Shown here: positions 62,801 to 64,000 of the stretch, piece after piece
How the letters are laid out: the number at the start of each line of letters is the position of its first letter
Position numbering within the stretch: position 1 is the stretch's first letter
NCBI GenBank assembly: GCA_002633005.1
Contig: NMRA01000906.1
Coordinates: forward strand, 38,671-102,670
Direction of reading: 5' to 3'
DNA length: 64,000 nucleotides
From: Phoronis australis
Lineage: Eukaryota; Animalia; Phoronida
Made by a program: the position numbers and the translations under genes
The notes under the pieces: generated by a model
Database searches by the model: none
Told to the model about the DNA's origin: nothing
The model's input: the letters and a program-made list of their open reading frames with translations, nothing else

Positions 62801-64000
62801 TTGTTCTCAAAATGCGGATTGCCAGTGACTATTGCCTGGATAACAATCCAACCCATCTAACACACAAGAAACCGTTGATTTGGGTTAAGTGAACCAACTT
62901 AAAATCTTTGAAGTACCCTGACCTCCCAATTTTGAAATGTGAGATGTTTTTGCAACTAGTTATTTCAACGAACCAGGTTTTTAAAGTTCGCTTGCTTACA
63001 TAATCTAACTTCAGGATGCCTTAATTACAGCGAACCATTACATAGTAGTTTCTGAATGTTTTAGAATGGTTCTGGTTTTGCAATTAGACTCATGTGAACG
63101 TGGAAAGCAAAAAAATGAAACAGTTAAGGACAGAGAGGACACTTGCATAGATTGCATATGACAAATGTGCGCCTCTGACCAGTGACTCGGGCATTGCAAA
63201 AGTCGCCATGAAATGGCGAATTTCCAAATAAATTCCACACAAAAATATTTACTTTTAGGTTCGAACTGTATAAAATGATCCATTTTTGCACTAAAACCAC
63301 TGAATGTTTCATATACAACTGAGGCTTCTTGTGTTAAAAAGAATACAGTCCAGCTTCTTGCCGAAATTCAATTCCCTGTAAATAATAACTTTGCATCATT
63401 ATGTTATCAGAAAATTTGACTATTCCATTGAGGCTCTAACCAAAATGGGCCAGTGTTAATGACTGTGCCAACTCACAAAAGGGTGAGGTTTTATCTTGCT
63501 GATTATACTAAAGAGTGGGTATAATCCTAATTTCACAGCAACAAACACCCTCCGAAATAATTGAACACTCCATACGACTGTATGATGGCAGTCATTGCTG
63601 AATGGCATCGCCAAAAGCGATAATGTCAGTCATTATAAAACTATTGTTAGACTACTTAATGTTTGTGGGTTTAGGATCATTGACTGCATTTTTATGCTCC
63701 TAACTTCTGTTAGTAGTGACAAGTGTGCCAGTCTACTATGCAATGACAATGAATAATAGCAGAATTTCAGCATATATCCTTATCTGACCCACCAGTTCAA
63801 CCTTCACGGTATTCTCGGGAGCTTATTTTTATAACGTAGGTGAACACGTCAGCATACGAGAGGGTGTGCTCTGAAAAGATTGAGACACTCTCCCGTGGCC
63901 GCGACGCACTCAGTTGATTCAGTTTTGAGAATAATAGGCTAAATGAAGTCCGCACACATGCAGGAAGCGTTCACCTATTAGGTGAAATTTGAGGTTACGA
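59855..64000. mobile_element. Young long-TIR non-autonomous DNA transposon (probably Kolobok-type), running off the window
   Basis: 59976-60058 is the exact reverse complement of 63918-64000 (83/83); candidate left end TTAA|GGTGAATTTAACC at 59855. Confidence 0.75.

Overview
AT-rich, repeat-dominated eukaryotic genomic window, most likely from a marine invertebrate (inferred from the transposon repertoire), with two N-gaps and no prokaryotic features. Most of it is a nest of DNA transposons: TTAA-flanked Kolobok-type elements with THAP/KolX remnants, two AcademX remnants, an AcademH remnant (RecQ helicase plus transposase), a Sola-like pair, a Harbinger-like element and a set of MITEs with 5-bp TSDs. 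Retroelements are a Gypsy pol fragment, a near-complete Crack/L2-type ORF2 and older LINE fragments. The one clearly intact host gene is a 755-aa single-coding-exon TPR protein (37159-39426, +). Its N-terminus tracks IFIT/TTC22 motifs, its C-terminus looks like a degenerate TIR fold, it follows a 100-bp 5' intron, and a perfect ISRE lies upstream. It is a candidate invertebrate IFIT-TIR antiviral sensor. A second, orphan ORF pair (52981-53968, -) with one frameshift and an AKAP-like helix abuts the AcademH element. All family assignments are by eye from motifs; no database searches were run.
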